DNA of 63,329 bases, filler included, from Octopus bimaculoides (Eukaryota): assembly GCF_001194135.2 (NCBI RefSeq). It is 6 parts of 6 records of this genome, joined end to end, with 100 filler letters (N's around TTAATTAATTAA, not from the genome) between each part and the next. Parts side by side here need not be neighbours in the genome. Positions count along the whole stretch, not along the records: positions 1 to 24,166 come from NC_068982.1; 5 more parts are not named here. One strand, 5' to 3'. Under the pieces are notes generated by a model that searched no databases, was not told the DNA's origin, and saw only the letters and a program-made list of their open reading frames with translations. Position numbers and translations under genes: made by a program. This document shows positions 1 to 11,980 of the stretch, in pieces; the stretch's first letter is position 1; each line of letters begins with the position of its first letter.

Positions 1-843
1 ATACTTACATTGTGATTTCTGCAATGTGGTGCATAGATTGTCAAGTAAATGAGACGCATCTTTGCCTCCACTGATTCACTTGCAAAGTGTTGAGTAAAAT
101 TATTTCATTGCAGACCTCCTTTGAGTCTTTTTATTATCACTGGGTCACACATAGTCCCCAGTTGGTAACATTGATTTCAAGGCCTTCCCAGATGAGTGAC
201 TGGTTGTTCTAAGACATTTATTGATTGTAAATTTTTTCTGCTCAGTTACCTATTGATATAGTGGTCATTTGCAAACTCCAGAGGCGACACTTTCATTTCC
301 CTTTACTCCAAACATCACACATTGTTATTTCAATTGGGTCATGCCCTTCCAATTGCTATAGATCTGTAATGCATCTTACATCTGTGCCTGTCAACTGTAT
401 GATGAGGAATCCTACATTGGGTAGTAGTAACGACTAGGCTATGGTAGCTGACTGATTATCGTGATCATTTGTCTTTTGGTTTCCTGTAGCTTTGCTCTCT
501 TTTACAAACCCAGTGAACATAAATATATTTCCTATTTCAAAGAAATTTAAACAATACATATAAGACCCCAGTTAAAAAGATTCCCAACAATTCAACTTCT
601 CTGGTTGACATTATCACACCCAACCCCAATACGGGCCTTAACTCCCACATTTTTCAGCTGCATGAGCTCCATTTTCAGGAGCAAAATCCTTTTTACAGGG
701 TCCATAAGACTGGAATTTTGGAATGTGCGCATAAATATCAGTAGTATGGGATAAGTATGTCATGATTAGAATTTTTTTAGGGTGTAAAGAAGGAAAGAAC
801 CCTCATCTGCAATTTTGATGAAATTCGAATCATAGGGATAAAG

Positions 844-1175
844 ATGATGATGTTACACGTTATCAAGGCTACATTCTTTCTGGATGTGCAAAAGGGGATG
901 ACGTCTTTATTCCAAGAATTCCTCTTACTGCATCAGGAGCAGACATTCCTTTTACATTCAGAAGACTGCAATTCCCCCTTCGTGTCACTTTTGTCATGTC
1001 CATTAACAAATCTCAGAGTCAAACCCTCTCTGTAGCTGGTCTTCTCTTGGAAGAGCCCTGCTTCTCACATGGACAACTGTATGTTGGCTGCTCAAGAGTG
1101 GGAAGCGAAACAAACCTATTTGCATATGCTCCACAAGGAAAAACAAGGAATATTGTTTACAATGAGGTGTTCTAA
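844..1175 (+). mobile_element. Helitron-type PIF1 helicase C-terminal fragment (frameshifted)
   Basis: Across frameshifts it reads ...DVFIPRIPLTASGADIPFTFRRLQFP-RVTFVMSINKSQSQTLSVAGLLLEEPCFSHGQLYVGCSRVGSETNL...RNIVYNEVF*. These are the C-terminal PIF1 motifs typical of Helitrons. Confidence 0.9.
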
Positions 1176-1319
1176 TCACAACAACAAGAAAGTATGTACA
1201 TGATCACCTTTTTTTACCAAACTTCATTGACTTTCATGTATTTATATTGATATACATACATACATATATATATATGTGTGTGTTTGGGGGTGTGTGTATA
1301 TATTTATATATATATAAAG

Positions 1320-1680
1320 ATGAGAATGTGTGTCTGTGTGAATCCCTAAAACTCGAGAACTACACAACCAATTTCATTCTAAATTTACACATGTAGTGTC
1401 TTAGGCTAAAAAAATTTTAAAGTTCTTGCATAGTTTGAGCCCACAACAATACCGTATCTCCTCCACTATTTCAGTATTACGTGTCAAAAGTGAAACAATA
1501 ACATCACTCTACTGTAATGTCAGATATTTTCACTTTAATACTGAAACTATTCCACAATTTCAGTATTACATGTCAAAAGTGAAACAATAACATGTCGCTA
1601 CTGTAATGTCAGATACTTTCACTTAAATACTTTCAATTTCATACTGAAACTATTAAAGTGAAACTATATTCTCACATATA
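1320..1680. repeat. Non-autonomous Helitron/Helentron-like segment with an internal ~91-bp tandem duplication (~1461-1650)
   Basis: Two adjacent copies of tttcagtattac(g/a)tgtcaaaagtgaaacaataacat...ctactgtaatgtcagata. They follow a gtgtctgtgtg...aaaactcgagaactac...accaatttcatt motif reminiscent of HINE/DINE-like elements; the family call is inference. Confidence 0.5.
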
Positions 1681-2027
1681 TACAGGCATACAATAAGACC
1701 CAAGTTAAAAACATTCCCAACAATTCAACTTCTCTGGTTGACATTAACACACCCACCCCCAATAGGGGCCTTCATTCCCACATTTTAGAGCTCCATGAGC
1801 TCCATTTTTCAGGAGCAAAATCCTTTTTATAGGTTCCAGAAGACTGGAATTTTGGAATATGCGCATAAAGATCAATAGTATGGGATACATGTGTCATGTT
1901 TAGAATTATTTTAGGGTGTGTAAAGAGGGAAAGAGCACTCATGTGCAATTTTGATGAAATTCGAATCATAGGTTCCAGTTCCTTACAGAAAATATAAGAG
2001 AAAAGTCTCATTCTTCAATTGAATGTA

Positions 2028-2302
2028 ACACGGGTTGCCAGTGCCCCTGGACTGGCTCTTGTGCGGGTGGCACATGAGATGCACCATTTTGAGCGTGGCC
2101 GTTGCCAGTACCGCCTGACTGGCTCCCGTAGGATTTTCGAGTGAGATCGTTGCCAGTGCCCCTGGACTGGCTTGTGCGGGTGGCACATAAAAGACACCAT
2201 TTCGAGCATGGCCGTTTTCGTGCGGGTGACACGTAAAAGCACCCACTACACTCTCTGAGTGGTTGGCGTTGGGAAGGGCATCCAGCTGTAGAAACTCTGC
2301 CA
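2028..2302 (+). mobile_element. RTE LINE 3' UTR fragment
   Basis: Nearly identical to 14095-14372 (gccagt/actggc modules, ggttggcgttgggaagggcatccagctgtagaaactctgcc). It runs into a gap. Confidence 0.9.
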
Positions 2303-3317
2303 ANNNNNNNNNNNNNNNNNNNNNNNNNNNNNNNNNNNNNNNNNNNNNNNNNNNNNNNNNNNNNNNNNNNNNNNNNNNNNNNNNNNNNNNNNNNNNNNNN
2401 NNNNNNNNNNNNNNNNNNNNNNNNNNNNNNNNNNNNNNNNNNNNNNNNNNNNNNNNNNNNNNNNNNNNNNNNNNNNNNNNNNNNNNNNNNNNNNNNNNNN
2501 NNNNNNNNNNNNNNNNNNNNNNNNNNNNNNNNNNNNNNNNNNNNNNNNNNNNNNNNNNNNNNNNNNNNNNNNNNNNNNNNNNNNNNNNNNNNNNNNNNNN
2601 NNNNNNNNNNNNNNNNNNNNNNNNNNNNNNNNNNNNNNNNNNNNNNNNNNNNNNNNNNNNNNNNNNNNNNNNNNNNNNNNNNNNNNNNNNNNNNNNNNNN
2701 NNNNNNNNNNNNNNNNNNNNNNNNNNNNNNNNNNNNNNNNNNNNNNNNNNNNNNNNNNNNNNNNNNNNNNNNNNNNNNNNNNNNNNNNNNNNNNNTTTAT
2801 GTTCATGCAACTTAGCGGTTTAGTAAAAAAGGTTAATAAAATGGACTGGTCATAAAAAAGAAAGAACTCGTGTCGATTTGTTCATTAAAAATTTTTCAAG
2901 GCAGTGCCCTAGCATGGTCACAGTCTGATGACTGTAAAAGATAAAATAACCACTAAATTCCTTAGTAAAACTTTAAGCTAAGGGCGGTAACTCTTGTTTA
3001 GCTGTCTCGGTAATATTATGGCACTAAAACCTCTCGCAGTCGCTTTACCTTCTAGAAATTGCAACCAAAATGCTCTTAAATCAGAATCTAATGCTGGATG
3101 TTCAAGAACCAAATAAAGGGTAGATTTTCAATCCCAGAATCATCCTTTGTCTATGTGGAGCAAATGTAGACTGAGATATAGGGGGTCCCAGATGGACAAA
3201 CAGAATTTTGCTTTTATCAGTATAGAAATACTTACAAAAGTTCATGAATATTTGTAATATCTCATGTTAACATTTAAAGTTTTAATTTATTCATGTTTAA
3301 ATTTAATTCATTTTCAG

Positions 3318-3537
3318 AATTAAAGCAAGTCTCACTGTTGTACCCTTCAAAAATCTTGATTTTGGTGAAACATCTGCTTTGGAAAGTTTTTACAATGCTG
3401 ATGTTGTGATTGTGGATATATCGACAGGAATAGTCCAAGCTCTTGGCTACCATGTTGGTGTCCGCCACAGTATGGGTATGAAACACAACATCATAATTTC
3501 TTGTGAGATAGATACTGAAGTAACACATCCGTTCAAG
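3318..3537 (+). CDS. MAP3K5: ASK-family MAP3K (MAP3K5/MAP3K15-like), first exon visible in window
   Basis: Splice sites ttttcag|a...aag|gtatac. Encodes IKASLTVVPFKNLDFGETSALESFYNADVVIVDISTGIVQALGYHVGVRHSMGMKHNIIISCEIDTEVTHPFK, matching the ASK1 motifs LDFGETTVLDRFYNAD and YHLGVRES as I recall them. Confidence 0.92.
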
Positions 3538-6054
3538 GTATACATGTTTTTGTCTTTTAAGAATAATGTTCATTTACTTTCGTAATTTATGTTTTGATAT
3601 TGTCATCATTGTCACCACCACCACCACCACCATCATTTTATGTCCATTTTCCATGTTAGCACAGTTTGGATGGGTCTTCACTTTTAAGGTGGTTCCTACT
3701 TGGAGTTACTGTATACATAAAAGGTTTGGAGACTATGTCTCACTTGTGTGCTCCATTTTGGCATGTTTTCTATGGGTAGATGCCCTACCCTATGCCAGCC
3801 ACTGTATTTTATCATTGTTCTGGCATCAGCGAGGTTGCTTTGTCTCCTGCAAGATTGAAGAGTCATCCCTACTTTACTTTGTTCTAGATGTAACCAGGAA
3901 AGTAGATACAAAGGAAAGTTATGACATCAAGAGAGTGACAGAAGAGAAAGTATGGAGGTAGAAACAGAGTGCTAAAAGTAAGAGAATTGTTGAAGAGGGA
4001 GTAATGGAAGAGAGACAATGATTGTAGTTACACGTTTACTGGTAAGGGATTGAATAGAAACATGACTGATTGGCTGAGGGAAGAGAGAGTGACAAGGAAC
4101 AAGACAGGATGATGGAAGAGAGAGTAATGAAAGTGTGAGTGATGAATGTTTACAATGAGCTAGAGATGAGGAAGTAATATTAGAAGAGGAAACTGATTGA
4201 GAGTGGTGAACATAGTTGATGTTTAGAGAGGGAGTGAGGGATTGATAGTACTAGAAATGGGCAATGGTGAGGGAGAGAGTGAATGGCATTCATAATGCAT
4301 AACCTGGTGAGAAGTAGTACAGAAGGGTGATAGTAGGTATTGGATACAGACAGGTGCAAAATGTCATATTTTGTTACACAGATGGTATAGTGAGCAAGAG
4401 AAAGGGTGAAAGATGTTAAAATAACAGAGAGAGGGAGGCAGTAGATGCAAACTTAGCAAGAACAAAATGGACGAGAGGCCCAAGAAGCCCAAATATAGAT
4501 ATATTATACATCCCAGCTGCTTATACACTGCTATTTTAATGCCTGTTCTCCTACAGTTTCACAGCTGGACAAAACTTCAACTTGGTGTCACCATTTACTT
4601 TATAATTTCTCTCTGGTTCAGCTTCTCCAAATCAACATTTATGACTTTGTCGGATGTCTTCTTGGTCTCCATCTATGGATTCATCTATTTTGACTGCTTA
4701 GCATTTCTTTATCTAACTCATAACCTTGATATATATCACACATTTACACCCACACAGGTTTTTTTCTTGCATACTAATTCTTAATCTTCTTATAGCCAGC
4801 TTTTCTTTCCACTGACTTGAGCTCCTTCATTCAGTGGAAAGAAAACATTAACATTACACAGTCAGTAGAGCATGCTTATTATTTCTTTTTAGTTTTCATA
4901 TGGCCTACATCTCACTGTCATGTTGCATTGTACTTTGGATACAAGTATCTTAAAATCTGTTCTTTATGCTGAGAGAGAAATCTCTTATTAATATCTCCTT
5001 AAACTTCTTCCATCCTAGTCTTATTGTGGCTGCTATGCTTTCAGAAAATCTATTTCTCCTGCTAGTTAGGTCATTTACCTATCAGAAATTTCTAGGGAGC
5101 CTTTCAGTTATTTGAAAGAATCTATTATGTTCTCTTCCTGCTGACTGTGCTAATTGTTGTTTTGAATGCTGAAAGATGTTTGTGAAGCTTCCTAGTTTTC
5201 ATTCCTTGAACAAGATGTCTCAGTCAACTTCCGGTGCTCAAATTACCATAGTTGCATCTAATTTTGCACTTGATCTAATATTTAAAATATGGGAAAAATA
5301 TGCTGTCCAGCTCCAAACACATGTAAAACTGCTTCATTTGTTGTTTATAATCACTGAGTGATGAATGTTTTTTCTCAAGACAAAATGAAGCTACTGATTT
5401 CCCCCTTTTAAAGACAGTACTTCTCTATTTGTTTGCATACATGTTAAACTATGTAATTTTTTTCTATCCTATAGCATGTACACAAAATAGAGAGGTACTC
5501 AACTTTTTTGTAAAAATAGGTACTTTTGTCTAATATCTTTATCATATTTTTGCAATGGCTTTCAGGTCTATTCTTCCTAATCTTATAAATAAGTAAAATG
5601 ATTATCATTATAAAGATGGAGCAAGCTTTACTTAGAGTGGTTGTCTGTTGTCATCTTATGACTAATTATTTGATGGGTGCTTCTTGGTAGCTTAAAGAAA
5701 TATCAAACAAATGTGTTTTTACACTTCCTGTGATTTTTAGTAAATGAAAGGGATATCACTAAAGAATATTTTAAAGTAAATTATTGTGATGCTAAAAATA
5801 TTAAAACAAACAAGGACTGAACCAGTTAGACGCAAGTAGATGAATGTTTGACTTGATAATAGTGCAAAACTTATCTTAAATCATACACCATGCCACCTTA
5901 AAAAATGTCACTACAGTGTACATTACATCCACTAAACCTGGAAAAAAAGATGTAATAGTCATAGGTAAGTGAGCTGTGAAACAAAGAAATCCAAAGAACT
6001 TATGCAAATAGAATATACAATAAATAAACAGATATTTATTTTATTATATTATAG

Positions 6055-6236
6055 TTATGCTGGGGCAATTCCTACAAATACTTGCCTTATACTCTTGATA
6101 ACAATGGTGCTTGTGTAGTTGCTGATCCTGCAAGAGGGCAACAAATAGATACTCCAGTTGTGAACACAGGTGATGCTGCTCCTTTACTGTGCAATGCAAT
6201 ACAAAGTGTCTTGCTTGAGGTAGAAAAAGATAACAA
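6055..6236 (+). CDS. MAP3K5: ASK-family MAP3K, second visible exon
   Basis: Splice sites atag|tta...aa|gtaagt; phase 0 in, phase 2 out. Encodes LCWGNSYKYLPYTLDNNGACVVADPARGQQIDTPVVNTGDAAPLLCNAIQSVLLEVEKDNK, collinear with the ASK1 GNYTFVPY...PLVDRFIQLL segment. Confidence 0.85.
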
Positions 6237-6429
6237 GTAAGTGTCAATTTGTAATATTGTCATTCTTACATATTGTAAAGCTTTCTTTTTGTTTACCTTT
6301 TTGTTTTGAATATGTAATTATCCAATTTTTCTTTGATTTATTTATATATCTTTTATTTTTATCAGCAATGTATCAGCATAGTCGCATATTTAATGACTGG
6401 CACTACAGCATTACAGTTAACTATTACAG

Positions 6430-6780
6430 TGGTATGGTAGATGCCTTTGGTTGAAGTAAATACAGAGGCATCAAATTGTTAGACCAGGTCATGAAAGTTA
6501 TGGAGAGAGTTATGGCCCAATAATTTAGGAACAAAATTTGACAAAATGAGATGCAGTTTGGTCTTGTGCCAGAGAGAAATACTATTGACACCTACTTTCT
6601 AATAAGTACAATGCAGAAGTATTATGATAAAAGAAAGCCATTGTACTTGGCATTTGTTGAGCTAGATAAAGCCTTCGACAAGGTTCAGTGCTCTGTGATC
6701 TGGGGCTGCTCAGGAAGCTGGGGTAGAGGAATGGCTTATTGAATAGGTGTCGCTAGGAAGGTGAGAGTTAGGTACAAGTC
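6430..6780 (+). mobile_element. Degenerate RTE reverse transcriptase fragment
   Basis: YRGIKLLDQVMKVMERV...EMQFGLVP...LYLAFVELDKAFDKV, with stops and frameshifts. Confidence 0.85.
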
Positions 6781-7273
6781 ATTTCAGTATGAAATTAGTC
6801 GAATAAAACTTTTCTATAGGAAGTCAATTGATTAAAAGTTATTTAATGGAGAATTGTTCATTAAAAAGTTGTTTGATAAAAAGCCATATCATGGAAAGCA
6901 GAATGCACTCAATCCCTAAAAATCTATACTTCTTCGGGATTGAGAATTATAAAACTACCAGTTACAAATTAACTAAATACAATGCATTGAATATATGCTT
7001 ATAAGAAAACAGTTGGGAAAATACATTTATCAGGAGCAGAGTATGATAGTTAGTCTTAACTCTACAATTCACAAACTGATTTGAGAACTTGTCCAAAATC
7101 ACAGTAAAAAAAAAAAGGGAAATTAGAACAAACGTAAAAGTAAATAAAAATCTAGAAATCATAGATTTGAACCAAAAAAATGTAGGTTCATCTGGGATTT
7201 TGGACAGCAGAAATTGAAATTGCATCATGAAAACATCTACTCCGACTCCTTATAGATCTCTCAAGGTTTTTGG

Positions 7274-7337
<64 letters not shown>

Positions 7338-7652
7338 ATGATAAGAAATGGAGCAATAATTACCAACAAGAAGTGGATCATTGGTGTTTTAAAGTCATTG
7401 TTTAATTTAATTTGGAGACTGTTTACAGCTGTTTCTGTTTATTAAAATGGGGTAAATTTATTTACCTTGTTACATTTAAGAAGCATCTTCAGAACATTTA
7501 TGTGGAAAAGAAAGACAAAGAAAAGGAAAAAAAGAAAAAGAAGGGGAAAAAGGAGTTCGTTAAAGCAATAGTCTTACATTTTAGTGGCTTGTATATTTCA
7601 ACGTGTCAGTAGATTCCTTCATTCGAAAACATTGAATTAGGGTTAGGTACAA

Positions 7653-10647
7653 GAAGCTTAAAGATCCTGCAAATGGACAGAGATTTAGAGATGTCTTACT
7701 CAAAGTATTTGACGAAATAGAAGGGGATATAGCATCCCATAATGTGGAAGACAATTGGAGGTTTCTACGGGACAACCTGCTGAGAGCCACTGACCAGATC
7801 TGTGGTTGGTGCAAAGTCTCCTCTCGACCCAAAGTAAAGTGGTGGTGGAACAATGTGGTTGACAGGGCTATTAGACAAAACAAACAGGCTTGGAAGGACT
7901 AGAAGAATGGTGGTAGCAGGGAATTGTATCAGACTGTCAGGAGGGAAGCTAAGAGACAGGTTTACTTAGCCAGAAGGGAAGCAGATAAGAAAAAGTTTGC
8001 CAATGTTCTGCACCGTGCGAACCAAAGACTTGAAGCATTTCGTGTTGCAAGACAGTGTGTGAGAGAGAATCGTGATGTTGTAGAGAGAAATGTGTCCGCA
8101 TGGATAATGGCTCACTTGCACTAAACGAGGCTGGAAAGAGAGAGGTTTGGAGGCGCCACTATGAAAGGTTGCTTAATAAAGAGAATGAATGGGAGGAAGA
8201 GAGTCTGCCACATGTCGACCGACCAGAGGGACCAGCTATCCTGATTGACAGTACCTTGGTAGATAAAGCGATCAAGAATATGAAGACAGGGAAAGCCCCC
8301 GGCTCATCAGGAATCACTGCAGAGATACTCAAAATATCTGGCAGTGTTGGCTATAGCCTAGTCACCCGTATAGTTAATCAGGTGATACACGAAGGAGTCA
8401 TACCCNNNNNNNNNNCTATAGCCTAGTCACCCGTATAGTTAATCAGGTGATACACGAAGGAGTCATACCCAATGACTGGTGTAGCAGCACCATAGTCAAC
8501 TGCTACAAAGGTAAAGGTGACGTTTTAGACATAAACAATTACAGAGGTATCAAGCTTTTAGATCAGGTAATGAAAGTTATGGAGAGGGTCATAGCCCAAC
8601 AAATTAGGGAGCGAGTCAGCTTAGATGAGATGCAGTTTGGGTTCGTTCCAGGGAAAAGCACCACTGATGCTATATTTCTGGTAAGACAGCTACAGGAGAA
8701 ATACATAGTCACAGATAAACCTCTGTACCTGGCTTTCATTGACATGGAGAAAGACTTTGACAGGGTCCTCCACTCCCTTATCTGGTGGTCAATGAAGAAA
8801 CTAGGGATAGATGAATGGTTAGTAAGAGCTGTGCAAGCCATGTACAGGGACGCTGTCAGTATGGTGAGAGTTGGCAACGAGTACAGTGAAGAATTCCGGG
8901 TAGAGGTAGGGGTCCACCAAGGTTCTGTCCTTAGCCCCCTCTTATTTATCATAGTCCTCCAGACAATAACACAGGAATTCAAGACAGGATGCCTGTGGGA
9001 GCTCCTCTATGCTGATGACCTTGCGCTAATTGCTCAGTCACTATCAGAACTAGAGAAGTGTCGTTTGTGGAAGCAAGGACTTGAATTGAATGGCCTTAGA
9101 GTCAATCTAGCTAAAACCAAAGTCCTAATAGTAGGAAGGTGGACAAAACACAAACTCCTTCAGTTAGATGGAACTGTTCGATCTGTAGAAAAGGCATAGG
9201 TAGAAACTCCATAAGATGTACCCATTATAAGCTATGGACACATAAGAGGTGCAGTAATATCAAAGGAAGGTTAACTAGGAAGTTAGTTTTTGTATGTAGC
9301 AGATGTTCAGGAGCTATAAACACTGTAAATATGCAGAAAACAACTTCTGCCACATTCCAGGGAGAAAAACTAGAAGTGGTTGATAGCTTCCGCTATCTAG
9401 GTGACCAAGTTAGTAGTGGGGGAGGGTGCGCTGAAAGTGTAGCTGCTAGAATAAGAATAGCTTGGGCAAAGTTCAGAGAGCTCTTACCTTTGCTGGTAAC
9501 AAAGGGCCTTTTACTCAAAGTAAAAGGCAGACTGTATGACGCATGTGCACAAACGGCCATGCTACATGGCAGTGAATCATGGGCCGTGACTGCTGAAGAC
9601 ATGTAAGCTCGCAAGAAACGAAGCCAGTATGCTCCGATGGATGTGTAATGTCAGTGTGCATACTCAACAGAGTGTAAGTACCTTGAGAGAAAAGTGAGAC
9701 CTAAGAAGCATCTGTTGTGGTGTGCAAGAGAGATGATTGCGCTGGTATGGACATGTGGCCAGAATGGATGAGGATAGCTGTGTGAAAAATTGTCACACCC
9801 TAGCGGTTGAAGAAACCTGTGGAAGAGTTGACCCAGGAAGACCTGGGATGAGGTGGTGAAGCACAACCTTTGAACATTAGGCTTCACCAAGGCAATGACT
9901 AGTGACTTGGACCTTTGGAAATATGCAGTACGTGAGAAGACCTGGCAAGCCAAGCGAGAGCATGATCTGTGGCCTCTGCCAGAAGTGTTGCCATTTCACT
10001 TATTCATATCTTTACTTTTGCTTGCGAAGACCTCTTGAGGCAAGTGAATTTGAAACCAAAATCGAACCAAATTCGATGACTGGCACCCATGCCAACCTCT
10101 CCTTCATTGGACACTAAACTCTGCTTGCGAAGACCTGTTGGGGCAAGTGAAATTGAAATCGTAATTGAACCATATTCGATGACTGACGCCTGTGCCAGTG
10201 GAGCACTAACAGCACTGTCCGAGCGTGATTATTACCAGAGCAGCTGTCTGGTTTCCGTGCTAGTGGCACGTAAATAGCACCGTTTGTGCATGATCGTTAA
10301 CAGTGTTGCCTTACTGGCACTTGTGCCGGTGGCGCATTAGAAAATCATTCGAGTGAGGTCATTGCCAGTGCCGCTGGACTGGCTCCTGTGCAGGTGGCAT
10401 GTAAGAAAAACTCCATTTTGAGCATGGCCGTTGCCAGTACTGCATGACTGGCTCTCGTGCCGGTGGCACGCAAAAGCACCCACTACACTCTTGGAGTGGT
10501 TGGCGTTAGGGAGGGCATCCAGCTGTAGAAACTCTGCCAGATCAGATTGGAGCCTGGTGCAGCCATCCAGTTCACCAGTCCTCAGTCAAATCGTCCAATC
10601 CATGGTAGCATGGAAAGCGGACGTTAAACGATGATGATGATGATGAT
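7653..10647 (+). mobile_element. 5'-truncated RTE-clade LINE (RT, PHD-like finger, modular 3' UTR, (GAT)n tail)
   Basis: ORFs 8100-8426, 8447-9199 and 9139-9606 carry KAPG, NYRGIKLL, QFGF, LYLAFIDMEK, GVHQGSVLSPLLF, LLYADD and FRYLG. The element ends in ggaaagcggacgttaaac(gat)n and has several frameshifts. Confidence 0.95.
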
Positions 10648-10738
10648 ATATGTGTTTATGTATATATATGTGTGTGTATATGTGTATGTATATATATGTA
10701 TGTATATGTATATATTAATATATATAAGTATATATATA

Positions 10739-10800
<62 letters not shown>

Positions 10801-10820
10801 AATATATAGACGCAGGAGTG

Positions 10821-11760
10821 GCTAACGATCAGCCATTTTGTATTTTGTATTCCTAATGTATGTGTCTATATATGCGCATGCGTATCGCTCTATGTGTGTC
10901 TATGCTTTGTAAGTGCATATGTGTGTATGGGGAGTGCCTGTATTATCTGTATCCCCTGTTAATACATGTTCGTTTAAGTTTGTTTTTATTTATTTGTTCA
11001 TGTGTTTATACCTATTTTTTGTGTTTTGTTTGTTTTTTGTATTTAATTTTATTTTGTTAACATGTAGTTATTTAATTCTATTTGTTTATCTATGTATTGT
11101 ATTATATTTTGTTCATATTGTTATAAGTTTATGGGGATTTTATTGTCATATGTTGTGGTTTGTTGGGGGTGTGTGCTAGTGTTCCATTCCAGTTTCCTAT
11201 TAAGGCTAGGTTTACCTTCTATTATGTGTGTAGCTTCTGTAATTTGTCTAAGTGCTGCGTCTGTTCTATGTGTGGACAAGATTTAATTTCTATGTTGTTG
11301 AGTGAGCTTCCGTGTTCCTGCTCAGCATACTGGTACAGAATGGATGAGCTCTTCTCTTCTTTAAGTTCCCTCCAATCTTCATTTACAAACAAAAAAAAAC
11401 AAACAAACATAAAACAAGACAAAAAAAAAATAGGTATAAACATGAACAAATAAATAAATAAAAACAAGCTTAAACGAACATGTATTAACAGGGGATACAG
11501 ATAATACAGGCACTCCCCATACACACACATACACTTGCAAAACATAGACACACATCGAGGGATACGCATGCGCATATATAGACACATACATTAGGAATAC
11601 AAAATACAAAATGGCTGATCGTTAGCAAGGAGGGACACACATATAAGAAAGAAGAAAGCAAAGGACCACTGATGAGGTCACAGAAGTGTGACGAAGGGAA
11701 CTCTGGCCGAAATACAATTAATATAATATAAAGCTGAAGCAAATTAACACCAAATATATA
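10821..11760 (-). mobile_element. Penelope-like element remnant: GIY-YIG C-terminus with pseudo-LTR copies in inverted orientation
   Basis: The minus strand at ~11150-11380 reads, across one frameshift, KSSSILYQYAEQEHGSSLNNIEIK-ILSTHRTDAALRQITEATHIIEGKPSLNRKLEW. 10821-~11040 and ~11385-11626 are reverse complements. A hammerhead motif lies in the longer arm. Confidence 0.8.
11663..11708 (+). ncRNA. Type I hammerhead ribozyme-like motif in PLE pseudo-LTR
   Basis: GGACCA-CUGAUGA-G-GUCACA[GAAG]UGUGAC-GAAG-G[GAA]CUC-UGGCC. Stem II is a perfect 6 bp and stem I is CCA/UGG plus GG/CC. It has G at 15.1 instead of A and one extra nucleotide after A9. Confidence 0.6.
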
Positions 11761-11980
11761 GTGCGTGTGTTTTTATTGGCTAAACTGGCAACATGACCAT
11801 TCCTAAATACAACAATAATATATATATATGGTTTTAGGGAAAAGAACCAAGTTTCATGAACTCATTGATGAAAATCCACTNNNNNNNNNNNNNNNNNNNN
11901 NNNNNNNNNNNNNNNNNNNNNNNNNNNNNNNNNNNNNNNNNNNNNNNNNNNNNNNNNNNNNNNNNNNNNNNNNNNNNNNN

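Larger units (their letters stand above)
561..1972. repeat. Pair of ~280-bp direct repeats (561-836 and 1694-1972)
   Basis: Both copies run from taagaccc(c/a)agttaaaaa to caattttgatgaaattcgaatcatagg with scattered substitutions. They bracket a Helitron helicase fragment. Confidence 0.9.

Noticed and set aside
3900-4830. Purine-rich then pyrimidine-rich tracts suggesting a large inverted repeat
   Set aside because: The halves are not reverse complements; they look like unrelated, very old LINE remnants.
8350-8470. Short direct duplications flanking 10-N gaps (also 60569-60725)
   Set aside because: Typical contig-overlap artefacts; not counted as biological repeats.
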